A DNA stretch of 64,000 nucleotides, taken from assembly GCF_036321535.1 (NCBI RefSeq), contig NC_087437.1, positions 60,266,001-60,330,000 on the forward strand, given 5' to 3'. The position numbers and the translations under genes are program-made. The number at the start of each line of letters is the position of its first letter. Within the stretch, counting starts at the first letter, position 1. Shown here in pieces: positions 13,121-25,812 of the stretch. The DNA comes from Camelus dromedarius. Taxonomy: Eukaryota. The notes under the pieces are model-generated. The model searched no databases, was not told the origin of the DNA, and saw nothing but the letters and a program-made list of their open reading frames with translations.

Positions 13121-13700
13121 TGTGTGAGTTTGCTATTGCTGCATTATAAATCATCTCCCAAGACTCAGTGGCTTAAAAAAACCATCATCACATTCTCTCT
13201 CTTAGTTTCTGTGAGTCAGGAATTCAGACAGGACAAAGCAGAGATGGCTTGTCTTTACTCCACAATCTCTAGAACCTCATTTGGGAAGATGTGAAGTCTG
13301 GTATAACTGGAGGTTCTAATAATCTGATTTGGGAGGCTTCTCCACTCATAAGTCTGGCCATTGTTGCTGGTTTTTGGCTGCAACCTTACCTGGGCTGTCA
13401 TCCGGAACACCTACATGTGACTTCTCCATGTGGTTTCTCCACATGATCTAGTGTGGTCTTCCTCACAGTGTGGCTGTTGGATCCCAGTAATGAGCATCCC
13501 TAGTGAGAACCACATAGATCACACGTTATGATCCAGCCTCGGAAGTCACATAGCATCCATTCTGCCACAGACACAAGCCTGTTCTGTTTAAGTGATGGGA
13601 CTACAAATCCAACCTACTGAGGGGAGAAATATCAAAGTCACATTGTAAGAAGATTAAATTGCATGGGAGATATTGTTGCAGACATTTTTTGAAAACTAGC
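13121..13700 (-). mobile_element. MLT1 (F/H-like) solo LTR
   Basis: Starts 'tgtgtgagtttgctattgctgca...aagactcagtggcttaaaa', contains 'tctgtgagtcaggaattcagacagg', ends 'ggagatattgttgcagacattttttgaaaa'. Confidence 0.85.
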
Positions 13701-14315
13701 ACAGAGACAAAACACAATGACAAATTTTGACTTTTTAAATAGACTTTTTGTGGAAGTCTGTAAGTCCCCTGCTTTTTGAAAAGCAAGGTGTTTAGTAAAT
13801 TCTTAAGTGGCTTGATTGAAAATTTCGGCACCTTAAAGGACCAAGTGACAGCAAGGGAAAATGACGGTCCACACTTGATTCTGCCGGCAAAGAGCTGTTA
13901 GTGATGGGAAACTCATGAGAGTTTTGAGGAAAGTGCCCATCCCATTTAAGCAGGATGAGTCAGATGTGTATCTTCAGACTTACAGACTTGAAAAAAGCAG
14001 ACTTCGAAAAGTTCAAAACAGATGATCTCATGGTGAGAACCTCTGAAAAGGAGTATGGCTAAAAAAAAGGATGGTTCTAAAAATAAAATTCAGAACCTAA
14101 AATTGTGAATGATCCTGATGAGGAAGAAAAAGAGAAGACGTCTAAAGAAAACAGCGTTTCTGCTGATGAGCTCCTATTTTTAGAGGGCACACCCGCAAAG
14201 AGGGGAGGAGGGGCACGAAATCAAGGCTGTGTACAGAAGAACGTCAGAGACTTTTAAGAATGTCAGAGGAAAGCAAAAGTACACAAAAAGTTGAGGTTTC
14301 AAGGTTTGGGGACAC

Positions 14316-14519
14316 TAAACAAACAAATATAACAAAACAAATAGACTCAGATTCAGAGAACTAGTGGTTATCAGAGGGAAGAGGAGAGTAGGGAAGGGCA
14401 ATATAAGTGAAGAAGACTGAGGTACAAACTACTAGGTATAAAATAAATTTTAAGTTATAAGGATGTAATGTACAGCACAGGGAATATAGTAAATATTTTA
14501 TAATAACTGTAATAAATAA
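14316..14519 (+). mobile_element. L1 3' end (L1MA/artiodactyl-type)
   Basis: 'ctagtggttatcagagggaag...gaggtacaaactactaggtataaaataaa...ggatgtaatgtacagcacagggaatatagt'. Confidence 0.9.
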
Positions 14520-14757
14520 CCAAGAAGATTCTTCTGACTACATGCAGAACAGGGAAAAAGCAGGCACGATCTATTTTCAAGCCCATCATATAACCTGTTA
14601 AAGCATCTAGAGTTAGCCTACTAGTTAACACAATGCACGCTTAGAAAACCTTTACAGGAAATATAATTTTGTAAAATTTCCTACAATTGACAGAAAGAAA
14701 GTGGAATGCCTTTACTCCGATGTTGCTTTCTCCTTCACCTTTACGGAGTTTCGAATT

Positions 14758-14880
14758 GAGGACAACCATATGTCCTAGGTTGCTTAGGATAGGCCCAGTT
14801 TGTACCTGTGGCCAGGGGGAATTATCGATAGTTATAATATTTCCATGTCATTCTCAGAAGTGTTCCAGTTTGAATACTGG
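14758..14880. mobile_element. MER94-like hAT-Blackjack MITE
   Basis: 'accatatgtcctaggttgcttaggataggcccagttt...cattctcagaagtgttccagtttg'. Confidence 0.65.
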
Positions 14881-14891
14881 AAGAGCTAGGA

Positions 14892-15968
14892 CAGAGATTA
14901 CTGCATAATTTACTGTGACCCTGTGAAAATTAAAATGTAGAGGCCTTTGTTCAAAAAGCAAGAAAAAAGTGCAGTTAAAGGTACTAAAATGGTGGGGGGT
15001 GGGTATAACTGAGTGGTAGAATGCATGCCTAACATGCACAAGGTACTGGACTCAAACTCCAGTACCTCCATCAAGATAAATAAATACCAGATCACCTCCC
15101 TCAAAACAAATGTAGTAAAATATAGAACTTTTCCCTTTCTTCTGCAGTTTCTCTTGACCTTGTCATGTTTTTTATTTGTTATTTGATGTTCTATTTAAAG
15201 GTTTTAAAAATTATTAACATGAATTTTACCTTTCGTCTTTATATTGTGTAATACCCATTTAAATGCACTATAAGAACATTTAATTAGTATGTGGAACCAC
15301 CAAAATTACACAATTCACATTTTGCAGTTTGTACATTTTTCTAGTATTTATTCTACTCTTACCAAAACAGAGGAAATGGTGCAAAAAACAGACTCAACTG
15401 TTTTTATTTAGCCATTTGACACTCACACGTTTCTACCAACACTTTTTACCTTTGGCTTATTGTCGACAAAGAACAGATGGAAAGAAAAAGGAACCATGGA
15501 TTGTCCTCTCTTTCCCTTTTCTTCTATGCCATAATTTTTAGCGTGATTGTCTACAGGAAAGTAACTTGAGTAAGAAAGGATACGACAGAGTTCCTTGGTC
15601 ATCCGTATTTCTTAAATTGCCTTCTTCTGCTTACAAAGCAAGTTCTGGTTCCAAGGGAGAAGGTGGCTTCTCAGACCTGTCATCACCCCACTCACACAGT
15701 CGTAGATGTAGCACGCCTTCCTTGCACTCTGGCTGAGTCTGGCTGAACTCTGTGTGTTATGGATCCACTGGCGCTCTGCACTCACGGGCTTCGGGAACAC
15801 TGTATGCAAACAGAGGGGCAAGGAATGGTGGTGGACATCTCTGTTCACACGTGGGCTCTGGTGCCTCATCAGATTTCACTTGCAAAACATAAGCTCAGAG
15901 ATAAAGTCAGGAATTTCAAGACAGTGATAAGGAACATTAAACCATGGTCATATGCCCATGAGCCCCTG
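14892..15968. mobile_element. MER45B-like hAT-Tip100 element (contains a young SINE)
   Basis: Left end 'cataattt...gtgaaaattaaaatgtagaggcctttgttcaaaaagcaagaaaaaagtgc...aaaggtactaaaat'; right end 'ggtcatatgcccatgagcccctg'; about 1 kb long. Confidence 0.8.
14991..15110 (+). mobile_element. Camelid-type tRNA-derived SINE
   Basis: tRNA-like head 'gggtataactgagtggtagaatgcatgcctaacatgcacaaggtactggactcaaactccagtacctcca' plus an A-rich tail; TSD aaaggtactaaaat (14977-14990) / aaatgtagtaaaat (15108-15121). Confidence 0.85.
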
Positions 15969-15988
15969 GGTGAGATAAGGATTGTGTA

Positions 15989-16300
15989 TGGTTTCTTGAA
16001 CTTAAACATGCACAGAATCATGTGCAGGGCTTGTTAAAGCACAGATTGTTGGGTACCACCCCCAGAGGTTCTGATTCAGTGGAGCTCAAGAATGCACATT
16101 TCTAACACATTCCCAGGTGATGCTGATGCTGCTGGTCCTGGTCCTGAGAACACACTTGGAGTACCACTAGTTAAGAGCATACGTCTCACACCTGCTTGTG
16201 CATACCAATCACCAGGGTATCTTGTAAAGTGCAGGCTCTGATGAAGCAGTTCTGGGGTGGGGCTGATACTGCAGGTCTGTGGCCGCATTTTGAGTAGATA
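15989..16300. mobile_element. Two adjacent MER5-family MITEs
   Basis: 'gggcttgttaaagcacagattgttggg...ttctgattcagt...catttctaacacattcccaggtgatgctgatgctgctggtcc', followed by a second degraded copy. Confidence 0.8.
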
Positions 16301-19300
16301 ATGAGTACTACTAAAGGAGGGAGAAGGACTGGGACTTGAAATGGGCTTTACAGAATGGATAGGAATTGCTTAAGTGAAGACCAGGGCAGAATGCCACCCA
16401 GGCAGGGCAAAGGGGACTGTGCAAAGAGAGGAAGCAGGAGCAGTGAGTAGAGGGATCTGGCCAGAGCAGAGGCAGTTATTGGGAATAGGGAACTGAGGGT
16501 GGAGAGACTGGTGGGGCCAGAATGCAGAGGGTCCTCTCTCTCTAGAAGTGGCAGTTTCAGAGAGTATGTCTGGGTTACAGACCTCCCTATGCAATTCTCC
16601 ATACCCACTGTCATTAAATCCTGAACAGCCAGTCAAATTAGTAGTCCCCAAGGGACCAAACACTCCAAGAGTTTAATTCCTTTGAAGGGTATCCTAAATT
16701 GAGCTTTAAGGTAGCAGAGGCCTGAGTCAGGAGATCTGGCTTCAGGATCTGGCTTAGGTGGGTGACTCTGGGTGAGCCAGACTTGTCCTGCTTCTCTGTA
16801 GGATTCCTCTAGACCACAGAGGGGTCTTACATGATCTCTCAAATCCCTTTACACAAAAAGATTCCATGGTTTTGGGAACCTGTGTGTTCGACCCCTATCA
16901 ACACCTCTGCCATGAGGGTCTGTCCTAACCAAACCCTGGTGTTTGGGGTCAGAGCGGCACAGGAGCAAGGAAGGTGGGTCTGGTGGTTCTCAAAAAAAGA
17001 GGAGCTTCATGGCTCTCCTGTTCCCACTCTTGATGTCTCTTTATAGGATTAGGCACTGAGTCCCCAGGGACAGAGGCGGGTCCAGCCCTCAAGCTATTTC
17101 CAGGAAATTTACCTTGACCACTAAGGTCTCCAGTAGATCCAGGTGTGCCCAGGAAAGGGCAGAGGATGGTATTGAAAACAAATCACCAAATGGATGAAGC
17201 TGTGGACTGAATGGATGCAACACACCCTGAAGCTTCTTCCCACCTCTCTCTTATTCACTGATGCCCAGACTCAGGGTTTGAGGGGGAGCTTCCAGTGCCC
17301 TGGATGGGGACTGTTGCCTGGGTTTATCATGGGTGGGAGGGAACAGAAGATCACTGACCAATAAACAAACATGATTCTAGCAACCTGTAGATATTAATTA
17401 AAACTGTGCACAAAAGATCAGGAAATTTCTCTTGGAAGACTGGGAGAGGGAGTAAATTATCTCCTGCGCGGCAAGAACAGAGAGAAGGCACCCTGAGTTT
17501 ATCCTGCTTTTGTTTGGCTCTGCTCCTATCATTAAGAAAAGGCTGCGGGTATGGCCCCTACCCCCTAGGGAGGTGGGTAAGCCCACTTCACTGAGGTTTT
17601 TAATTCCTGGGGTAATCCCTTCCTTCCGCGCCGGGTTGGGGGTGGGGAGACCCTGCACATCCAAATCTTTGATCTGGGTTGAAGAAAAAGAGAAGGACTT
17701 CTATAAAACTGTCAGGAAGATGGGAAAGGCCTTTGAAAGAAGGGTTGTAAACAGGCAGTTTACCTTTGATCAGTAGACCTAGGTTTTTATTACCCCTAGG
17801 ATTATGCGTTTAGAAGTGCCATCCTGTGTCCCCACAGGAACCATGTGACTTAAAAACAATTAGATGACTCTAAAAGTTTAGGCAGATTGTGCACAAAGGA
17901 CTTTCATTTTCATCAACGGAGAAAGAAAAAAGAAAAGAGAAAACATCAGCCAAACTATGAAGTTGATCCTGGGGTTAGTAATAAACTGGAAACCCCGTCT
18001 GCTTCTTTTCATGTAATAGGATACTCTCCGGCCTGGCAATTCGACTACAATCTATTAACTGACAAGGGTATGAGATAGATTTTTATTCCCCACTCCCCAC
18101 CCCCCAGCTAAGAGAAACAAAGCATTTGTTGTCTCACTGTTGGATTTTTATTTCATGCTATTTAAAATGTCAGAAAAACAGAAACCTAACAGTCTGACCT
18201 TTTTTTTTCACTTGGGTATAAACAGATATTAGGGCTGATGGCTGATTTCCAATTAATTTCATGTGTTTGGTCAAATACTTCACAGAAAGACTAATTCATC
18301 ATGGCTGTGTCTGCCTGTGTGTGTTTCTCTGAATGTCTCTCTCCCCTCCCACCCCACTTGAAGAGAAGGAAAGTCTACAATCTGTCTTCAAATCTGGTCA
18401 GCAAGAGATTTCATCTTTTGCTTGGAAATATAAACAGCTTCATGTCACTGTTTAGGGAAAGTTTGTGATTTGGGGAAATAAGAGACTTTTCAAATGTGGC
18501 CAGTTCTAAGCCCATTAGCCACGGCCTTCCTGCATGCTCCCTGAGCCCCCCCTCTCTCAGGCAGCATAACTGTGAGCCCCACCAACCACACTGGGGGCCA
18601 CACCCCAGGAACGTCCCATTTCCTGTGGCAGTCCTGGCTTCCCCTGCTTGCGCATCAGCTGGGAGGCAGAAGTCCTATCTCTGTGAAGCTGGCAGATTTG
18701 CCGGCATTCACCCCACTTTAGCTGCTCCCCAGACCCAATGCCAGCCCACTGGAGTCACAGGGAACAATCTCTTCCCTTCTAAATAAGCATCTTTGTTATA
18801 CAGCTCTAGCCACCTACCTCCTTTTCCAACACCCTTGCCCTCTTAGGATGGAAGTGGGATCTACTACTCCACTGGCTGGTACTAAGCCATGGGGCCCAGA
18901 CAAGGTTTCTACCTTTTCTGCAGCAGGTCTAGGCCTAATTATAGAATTACCTGACACACCCTCATCCCTAAGAGGGGACAGCAGGCATCTGGTGGACAGT
19001 TAGGACATTCTTTCTTGCAATGAGAGAGCCACGGAATTAGATGTTCTCATCATTCCTGCACGAGGCCAGGATGTCTGCGTGGAGGCCCTAGTGCTGGGAA
19101 AGTGGGCGCCAGCTACAACTTTAGAGCAGACCCCTGAAGACTGATTGGTAGCTAGTACAAACAGCAGGGACAGGGTTCTCCTCAGAAGTGCTGATCAGGG
19201 GAGTCTTCATGAAGAAAAATCTTTAAAACTTGAGATTTTCCATTTATGAATGATCTTTTTCTTCTTCCCTGTCCTCAGCCACATGCACGCACACACACCC

Positions 19301-20899
19301 CTCACAATTTCTTCTTTTCCTTATTTATCAACAAGCAGCAGAGATTTTTTTTTCTTGCCTCTGCCCAGTAGTGCATAGTTTCCTAGAGTGAAAATAACAA
19401 GGAAATATGTGAGCTCCAGACGCTTAAATATATATTGAAATATTCAATGCCTGGGTCTTTATGACCCCCAAATATCTCATCAGGGTAGTCAAAACCTCAG
19501 ACACTTTGAGACAAATCTGTCTAAGTATTCACATATTCATTTGTTTATCCAACAAATAAGTACTGAGTGTCTTGCATGCGGAAAACAGGACCTATCCAGG
19601 GGACACAGAGGAGAACAAGACACAGACAGTTGTTTGATGATGTGTAGATGAGCCCTTGATAGATTAATCAGTCCTCTCCCATTCTTGCATTGCTTTGGCT
19701 CCTTAAATAGCCTCTATCCTTGTCCTTGGTTTGGCTACAGCTCTCAGGCTGTCAGCCTGTACCTGGTACACAGTTCGTTTGGGAGATCTCAGGTTAAGCA
19801 TCATCTCTGCTCACTCTCATCACAGCAGGTTCCATGTGCATGTTATAATTTTACATTCTTTCTGCTGGAGGTTACTGGTTATAGTAAGCCTGTGGCTGAC
19901 AGAATGAGTTCTGGAATGGCAGGCTCTCAAAGGGCCAGCAGTGATTGACAGGAGGGCCAGAGGGTCCGGTCCTGTGAGGAAGAGAATAGTAGGGTAAGCT
20001 AGAAAAGGTGAGTGCTTTATAGAAGCTGTTTTTCCTGTTGTGTCCAGACTCCCCTGGGCTTGACCGACGTGGAAGCTGGAGCCCTTCTAGGTTGGCCATA
20101 GAGGAAGGTGTTTTGCCAGAAATCTGGGAAATGGGTCATGACAGGATGGAAGGGTAGGAATGGGAGGTGCACTGAGCCCCATTCTGGAGGAGCAGACTTC
20201 CCAAGTGCAGGAGACAAAGCTGAGTGTAAACCGGAGGGTGAGGCTGGACAAAGGGAGACAGAAGCAAAGGCTTTCCAACCAAGAGGTCCCACAAGCCTGG
20301 GGGCTCAATGGGATCAGCTTCTCTGGTTCTCATCCAGGAACATTTTTAAAAGGCCCTGAGCTGCCGTTGGCAGTTTCTCAGTCTCTCTGACTTGGAAACG
20401 TGACTCCTCACCCAGGCATCTTTTCACAGCTTTCCATGATTAGCGATTCCTCAGATCTGTCCACTCTTCAGCAGCTGACCAATAGCCAGGCCCTGGAGGA
20501 GTTGGGAATACAAAGGAATCTCAGGGCCCCTCATCCTTATCCATGGAAAACCTAATGTGTAGATTCCACCTTCCTAGGTAAATCTAAGAGGAAAATTCTG
20601 TGTCAGGATTCACAAGACAAATTAGTACATCCTTATGCTTGCATTCCATTTTTAGTGGGAGGGGGTCAAGGAATACTTGCCTGCCTGATAAATTTTCTCA
20701 TTCTCCTCCTCCTTCTCCCAGTCTCTGCTTCTTTCCCTCAGCCCTCCACTTCTAAGTGAAGTCTTCTTCACTCCTCCCTAAACCTTATACTGTCAGACTT
20801 ACCGCCTCCCAGTCCCAGCCCTTTAATGCATTGGAAACTCAGAAATGTTGGCTTGCTCCTCCACTACACTGTTGGCTCCCTGATAGTGGAAACCCTGAT

Positions 20900-21005
20900 T
20901 TCTTCTTTCATGTCTCTCAGTGCCTAGTGCTGCACTCAGCACAGAGCAAAGGGCTCCATTAAACATTTTTTTTGACCTGTGAAAGAATGAGGGGATGAAT
21001 GAAAG
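20900..21005 (+). mobile_element. L2 3' tail
   Basis: 'cagtgcctagtgc...gcacagagcaaagggctccattaaacattt...gaatgaggggatgaatgaa'. Confidence 0.6.
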
Positions 21006-22325
21006 CATATAAAAATGCATCTGAAGTGGACATCAGGTGACTGTGCAGACACTGACAGTCAGCTGGCATCAGTGTGCCCTCTTTGTGCCACACATGGTGC
21101 TTAGAGGACATCACCGCTGCTCACTCACCTCCTCCCCAGCCAGAAAGGCATCTTTGCCCCTTGGGCTTGCTCCTGCTGGGTGTGGGTCCTCCTGCATTTT
21201 TAGGGCCTTGACAAGCATGGAATGAGTGCTCCTTCAGAAGGCATCCTCATCAATTTGTATTCAAATTACCTTCTCCCCCAAAACTTAAATTGTCTTTTCT
21301 TCCTTTGGAGGTATAATAATCCCTGCAACAGATTGTTTCCTGTTCTAGAAAACGACTCCCTTCTGCTTGCCACATCCCTGCCGTGACAATACCATCTCTC
21401 GATATTTTCTACAGTCTTCCCTTGGGCTCCCACTTCCTCTTCAAATAATCCTCTTTGACCATGAGCCTGGACACAGCTCCCCTAGCTGACCCTAGAAACC
21501 CTTGCCTGGCATCTGGCAGGTCTCAGCTTCAACTCAGCATCCCTTGGCTCTATAGACAAATGATAAAAGAAGGTCAACCCTGTCTTCTCACGTCCAGTCC
21601 TCTCCCTGCCATGTTCCCAGACCCTCAGCTCTGGAATTTTTCACCCTGGGTAACTTCTTCATCTAATTCCCCAGCAAACTTGGACTAGACAATTGAAGAT
21701 TCAATTAGAAAGTGGAGAGTTCTGCATACTGTCCCTGGGCACTCACTTCATTGTGAACATCTTAGCCTAGGAATATCTCCCACTCTTCTGAGACCCCTCT
21801 TTTAGTGGTATATAGGAGGGCACCAGTCACTTGTGTTTGGCCAGCAAGAAGTAATAGTACTGGAGAGGGGTCAGTGGGTGAGAGATGTGGGACAAGGTAA
21901 AGAAAGAAGAGGCTGGGGTAGGAGTGGGAACCAGGGCAGGATTCAAAGGAACCAGCCTACCAGAGATGGGTCACCTCTGCAAAGCCATAGGCATGCAAGC
22001 CCTGGGGGGTTCCTACCCAGGGCTAATATTGAAGGAAGCATGTTCTGGGAGGGACTGAGATTCTATCACATGCACATTTGCACGTGCATGCATGTGTGTG
22101 TGCACACACACAGAGCATCAAATGGTACACTCTGAGTGTACAGTGTGAGTGTGTAGCCTGGGGTAGCCCAGGCTAGAAACCCAAGCAGGATTGAGGTATT
22201 GGGGTTGGGTGTCCTGTAAATTGTGCCCACTCAGTCAGTGCAGGCATTAGGACTAGACACTGGTTACATTAGGAAGGAAATCGGGTTTACAGGCTATGCC
22301 ACAAGGCAATGGTACTCGAGGAAAG

Positions 22326-22795
22326 TGCCATAGTGATTTGCCTCTCTAGATTCACTCTCCCTTGTCCATGCTGCTTTCTGCACTGAGAGAGGACCACAGC
22401 CACAGGGGTTCCATGTCTTCTGGCTTCTCATAGGTTTCGGCCAAAGGAGAACCTCAGCTAGAGGGAAGGAGGAGAGGGATGTCGGGTACTTATTCCCCCA
22501 GCTCCATCCTATGACATGGCCTTATTCTGGCTGTTTCCTTCCTTTCAGTGCATCCCAACTCTGCACAGTTCTCTCTTGCCTGATTCTGGGAATCTCCCTC
22601 CCTCCTAGCCCATCAGACTTAGGGATAGTAGCAGCTCTGCTCTGTTAACCCTGGGTTTCTGAACTATCCTTTGTGGTTCTCTCACACGCCAACCATGTCT
22701 TTGTTATTATTTAATCCCCCTTACAAATAAGACCTCCCTGAATTATCCCAATTTGACAATGCTGTTTGTCTCCTGTTGGGACCCTGACTGACCCA
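22326..22795 (+). mobile_element. LTR33-like ERVL solo LTR
   Basis: 'cttctggcttctcataggtttcggccaa...' and 3' end 'aattatcccaatttgacaatgctgtttgtctcctgttgggaccctgactgaccca'. Confidence 0.8.
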
Positions 22796-23554
22796 GATAA
22801 AAAATCGTATTTCAGTAAGATCCCCATTTTATTTTTAAAAAATTACTGTCAGGAGCTCAGCTAAGCTAGAAGAGAGCTGAGCTGTCAGGTGTCAGAGAGC
22901 TGACTGAAGCAACCATGAGCCAAAATGAAAGTAACAGAGAAGCCTCTACTCACTTGCTGTGATAGTATAAGCGTGAGGCTACACCTGGAGAAGGTGCCCA
23001 CTCCCTCCTGTTCCATTTTCCTGGTCAAAAGACACCTCGGTGGAGGGCAGATGGGTCAGCACAGATGTGGGGTGATCTCAGTGTTGAGGGGTCCTGAATA
23101 AGAGGCTCTGGTAGCTTTACAGACCCTAGCATAGGGAGAGGGAAGGCCGGAGGGTGGAAGGGTGCTGGGTACTGGGTAGCAGCAGGGAGAAGCATCAAGG
23201 TTCTCCCTCCTTCCTCTATATGGAAGTCTCAGCATAGGTGCCTGGAAGCCCTCTGCCCAAGGACTCAGATAAAGAGACCTAGGGATGAAGACTCGGGAGC
23301 TAGGGGTGTACATACGTGACGGGCATGACTGGCCAGGGGGCCTGAGACTAGGCTGCGACTCTCTCCTGAGACTGGATGCCGAAGCCAGTGCAGGGAGGGC
23401 AGCTTTCCTGGGGTGGCCTGCCAGGGAAAGTCTCACCTAGGGTTGGGCCTGGAAAATCACACATGGGTTTTTAACCAGACGCTGGATTCCTCAAATACAT
23501 ACACACACACAATGGGGGAAACACACCAAAATGTTAGCAGGGTCTTCTCTAGGT

Positions 23555-23859
23555 CTAGTTGTCGGGTAGAAGCATAATGTGAGTCACATGTGTCATTTTA
23601 AGGTTCTTAGTAGCTACATTAAAAAAACAGGTAAAATTAATTTCGATAACATCTTTTATTTAATCTAATGTGTCCAAAATATACTTTCAAGTACATAAGT
23701 ATTTTTCAGTTATTAATGATAGGTTTTATCCCTTTTCTTTGTACTAAATCTTTAAAATCCAAGCTGTGTTTTACACCTACAGCACCTCTCAATTCAGATT
23801 TTCTCATTTCAAATGTTCATAGCAACATGTGGCTAGTGCTGCCGTATTAGATGGCACCA
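23555..23859. mobile_element. MER33 hAT-Charlie element inserted in an old L1 3' fragment
   Basis: 'tagtagctacattaaaaaaacaggtaaaattaattt...gtactaaatcttt...ttttacacctacagcacctctcaattc...catgtggctagtgctgccgtattaga'. Confidence 0.85.
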
Positions 23860-24834
23860 TGCTAAGTGGTGGGATTGAGGATTCTTAAAAAGTATTTTTC
23901 AAGTTTTCTACCATAAATATGTTTTAAATTTTATTTTATAAATCTCTAATCTATAAATGTTATCACATCTGGTTTTGTTTACTTTCTATTTTATTTTAGT
24001 AAATATTTCCCCTTAAAATGGATCATTTCTGACCACAGACCATTTCCTATGATGTAGCAGCAAATTAAAAGAGAACAGATTGCACTAGATCTGTCTGGAC
24101 TGCAATAAGATGAACAGCAAAGAACTTCCAAGAGATATCTGTGAATAAGCAATTCAAAAAATGTCTTCTTAAATCTCTTTATGGTGCATTTATAAACATA
24201 TGAAGTATATATATGTATAAATGTCTATGTTGTCCATTATATTATTTAATATATTTATATTAAAAAAACTCTAGTCTTGTCTATGGTGGCCTAAGAAGGA
24301 AAGGAGCTATTATCATCTTGAGTGAGTTAGCAGGAGGGGCATTGACTGGGCAAGGGCTGCACTTGGTCCAGCCTAGGAAACTCAGGAAGAAGTGGCGTGG
24401 CTGCGGCTGACAGAGGAGGCTGGGCTAGGGCGGGCACTGGGTTTGTACCTGTGCTGGCTGGGGCCTCCTCTCTGCCTGGTGCTGCTCCCTGCCTAAGCCA
24501 CCCTGCCCCAGAACTGGGATATGACTCACTTGAAAATATGCAACTCTTTCTAACTAACTCTAGAAGTTTTTCAAGGAATAAGTGGAACTCTAAGTTTCAG
24601 TTCCAGAGATCAAAAGAAGACACAACCATGCAGACCAGCCCTACTCTATGCCAAAAGGTGAGTGTTTACTGTTGCATTTTGGGACAGTAAAAAAAATAAT
24701 TTGCCCCAGAGTGCACAGTCCTAGGCTCATAGGAAGCAGGTTGGCTACCTGGTTGGCAGGTTGGTTGGTTTGGAAATAGCTGCTGTGAGAAGGTAGCAGA
24801 GAACTGGCCCCGTGGCTCGAGGCAGTGTGGAAAT

Positions 24835-24984
24835 GAAAAGAGCCTGGAATGAGCATCAGGACTCCTTCCTCCTGGACTTCTCTGTGTGACCTTGAGCAAG
24901 GCACTTCCCTAGCTGAGACATTATGCTTCTTCATGGACAGGCAATTAAATTAGGATCACGAGATGATCTCTGAAACCCATTCTA
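24835..24984 (+). mobile_element. MIR (MIRc-like)
   Basis: 'ctgtgtgaccttgagcaaggcacttccct...agatgatctctgaa'. Confidence 0.65.
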
Positions 24985-25498
24985 ATGAACGCATTTTGTG
25001 ATTTTTGCCTCTGGAAGAAGCATTTGAAAGGCAGCCTGAAGATGAATTTGAAAATAACTTCCAAGTCTGATTCCTGGGACAGCTGGGGCCAGAAGAGGAG
25101 AGAGCCTGCATTTATCATCAGGACCAGTGTCGGGCGGAAAAGAACTGCCCCAGAGCCAGGGACCTGCGTAGGCAGGATTCGCTGAGAACTGCCTGGGGAG
25201 ACTGCATTAGCAAACACAATGCTGCTGATTTTTTTCCCCCACTAGAAATGTCCTTTCTGTCTGAGGCAATGTTTTCCACAGTTCCAGGGGGCTGTGGTCA
25301 TTTCCTAACAAGATCTCTCCTATTTTGTGCAACTGTGGTCTGGCATGTGTGACACTGAGTGTTTTCAAGCTGAACCTCACTTGGGTCCTCCAGGCCTGAG
25401 GGCTGCTGGGTAAAGGCCGGGCTGGTGCATTCTCTACTGTGTCCTCTGCCCTTCAAACCATGGTACAGTCTTTCCTCCAATACCTTGGAGTCAAAAGG

Positions 25499-25500
<2 letters not shown>

Positions 25501-25551
<51 letters not shown>
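25501..25551. repeat. (TAA)17 microsatellite
   Basis: Direct read. Confidence 0.95.
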
Positions 25552-25552
<1 letters not shown>

Positions 25553-25569
25553 GAAGTTGTGGGATATAT

Positions 25570-25622
<53 letters not shown>

Positions 25623-25644
25623 ATGGAATATTATTCAGCCATAA
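25552..25644 (+). mobile_element. Short L1 fragment with an expanded (CA)n tract
   Basis: 'aagaagttgtgggatatatac[ac..]aatggaatattattcagccataa' is the L1 ORF2-end motif; (CA)n spans about 25574-25622. Confidence 0.8.
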
Positions 25645-25689
25645 GACATACCTTGGGATTATGGTGTTAGCTGCATAAAATTACAAAAT

Positions 25690-25812
25690 GACAGAAGTTT
25701 AAGGACCTTGGGAGGTCATCTAGCATAAACTTTTCATTCCATAGGAGGGGACTTGCCCCAGGTCACACGGTCAGTTAGACAGAAGACAGCTCCCCTGACT
25801 CTTGATCCAAGT
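25690..25812 (-). mobile_element. MIR fragment
   Basis: 'ggaccttgggaggtcatctag...gacttgccccaggtcacacggtcagttag'. Confidence 0.65.

Larger units (their letters stand above)
12850..14740 (+). mobile_element. L3/CR1 LINE ORF2 remnant (endonuclease/tether region), interrupted by MLT1 and L1
   Basis: Collinear decayed CR1 ORF2 motifs: SKFLSGLIENF (about 13795), DLKKADFEKFK (13985), ILMRKKKRRRLKK (14112), DRKKVECLYSDVAFSFT (about 14689). The 5' boundary is uncertain. Confidence 0.7.

Noticed and set aside
14991..15070. tRNA-like sequence (also 62360-62432)
   Set aside because: A-rich tail, TSDs, and a degenerate B box and acceptor stem show these are SINEs, not tRNA genes.
24020..24130. Faint resemblance to CR1 reverse-transcriptase 'YLDFSKAFD' coding sequence
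   Set aside because: Too degraded to support by eye.
25298..25678. ORFs with poly-I, poly-N, (HT)n and (VC)n tracts (also near 4.9, 60.0 and 62.8 kb)
   Set aside because: These are translations of microsatellites and low-complexity DNA.
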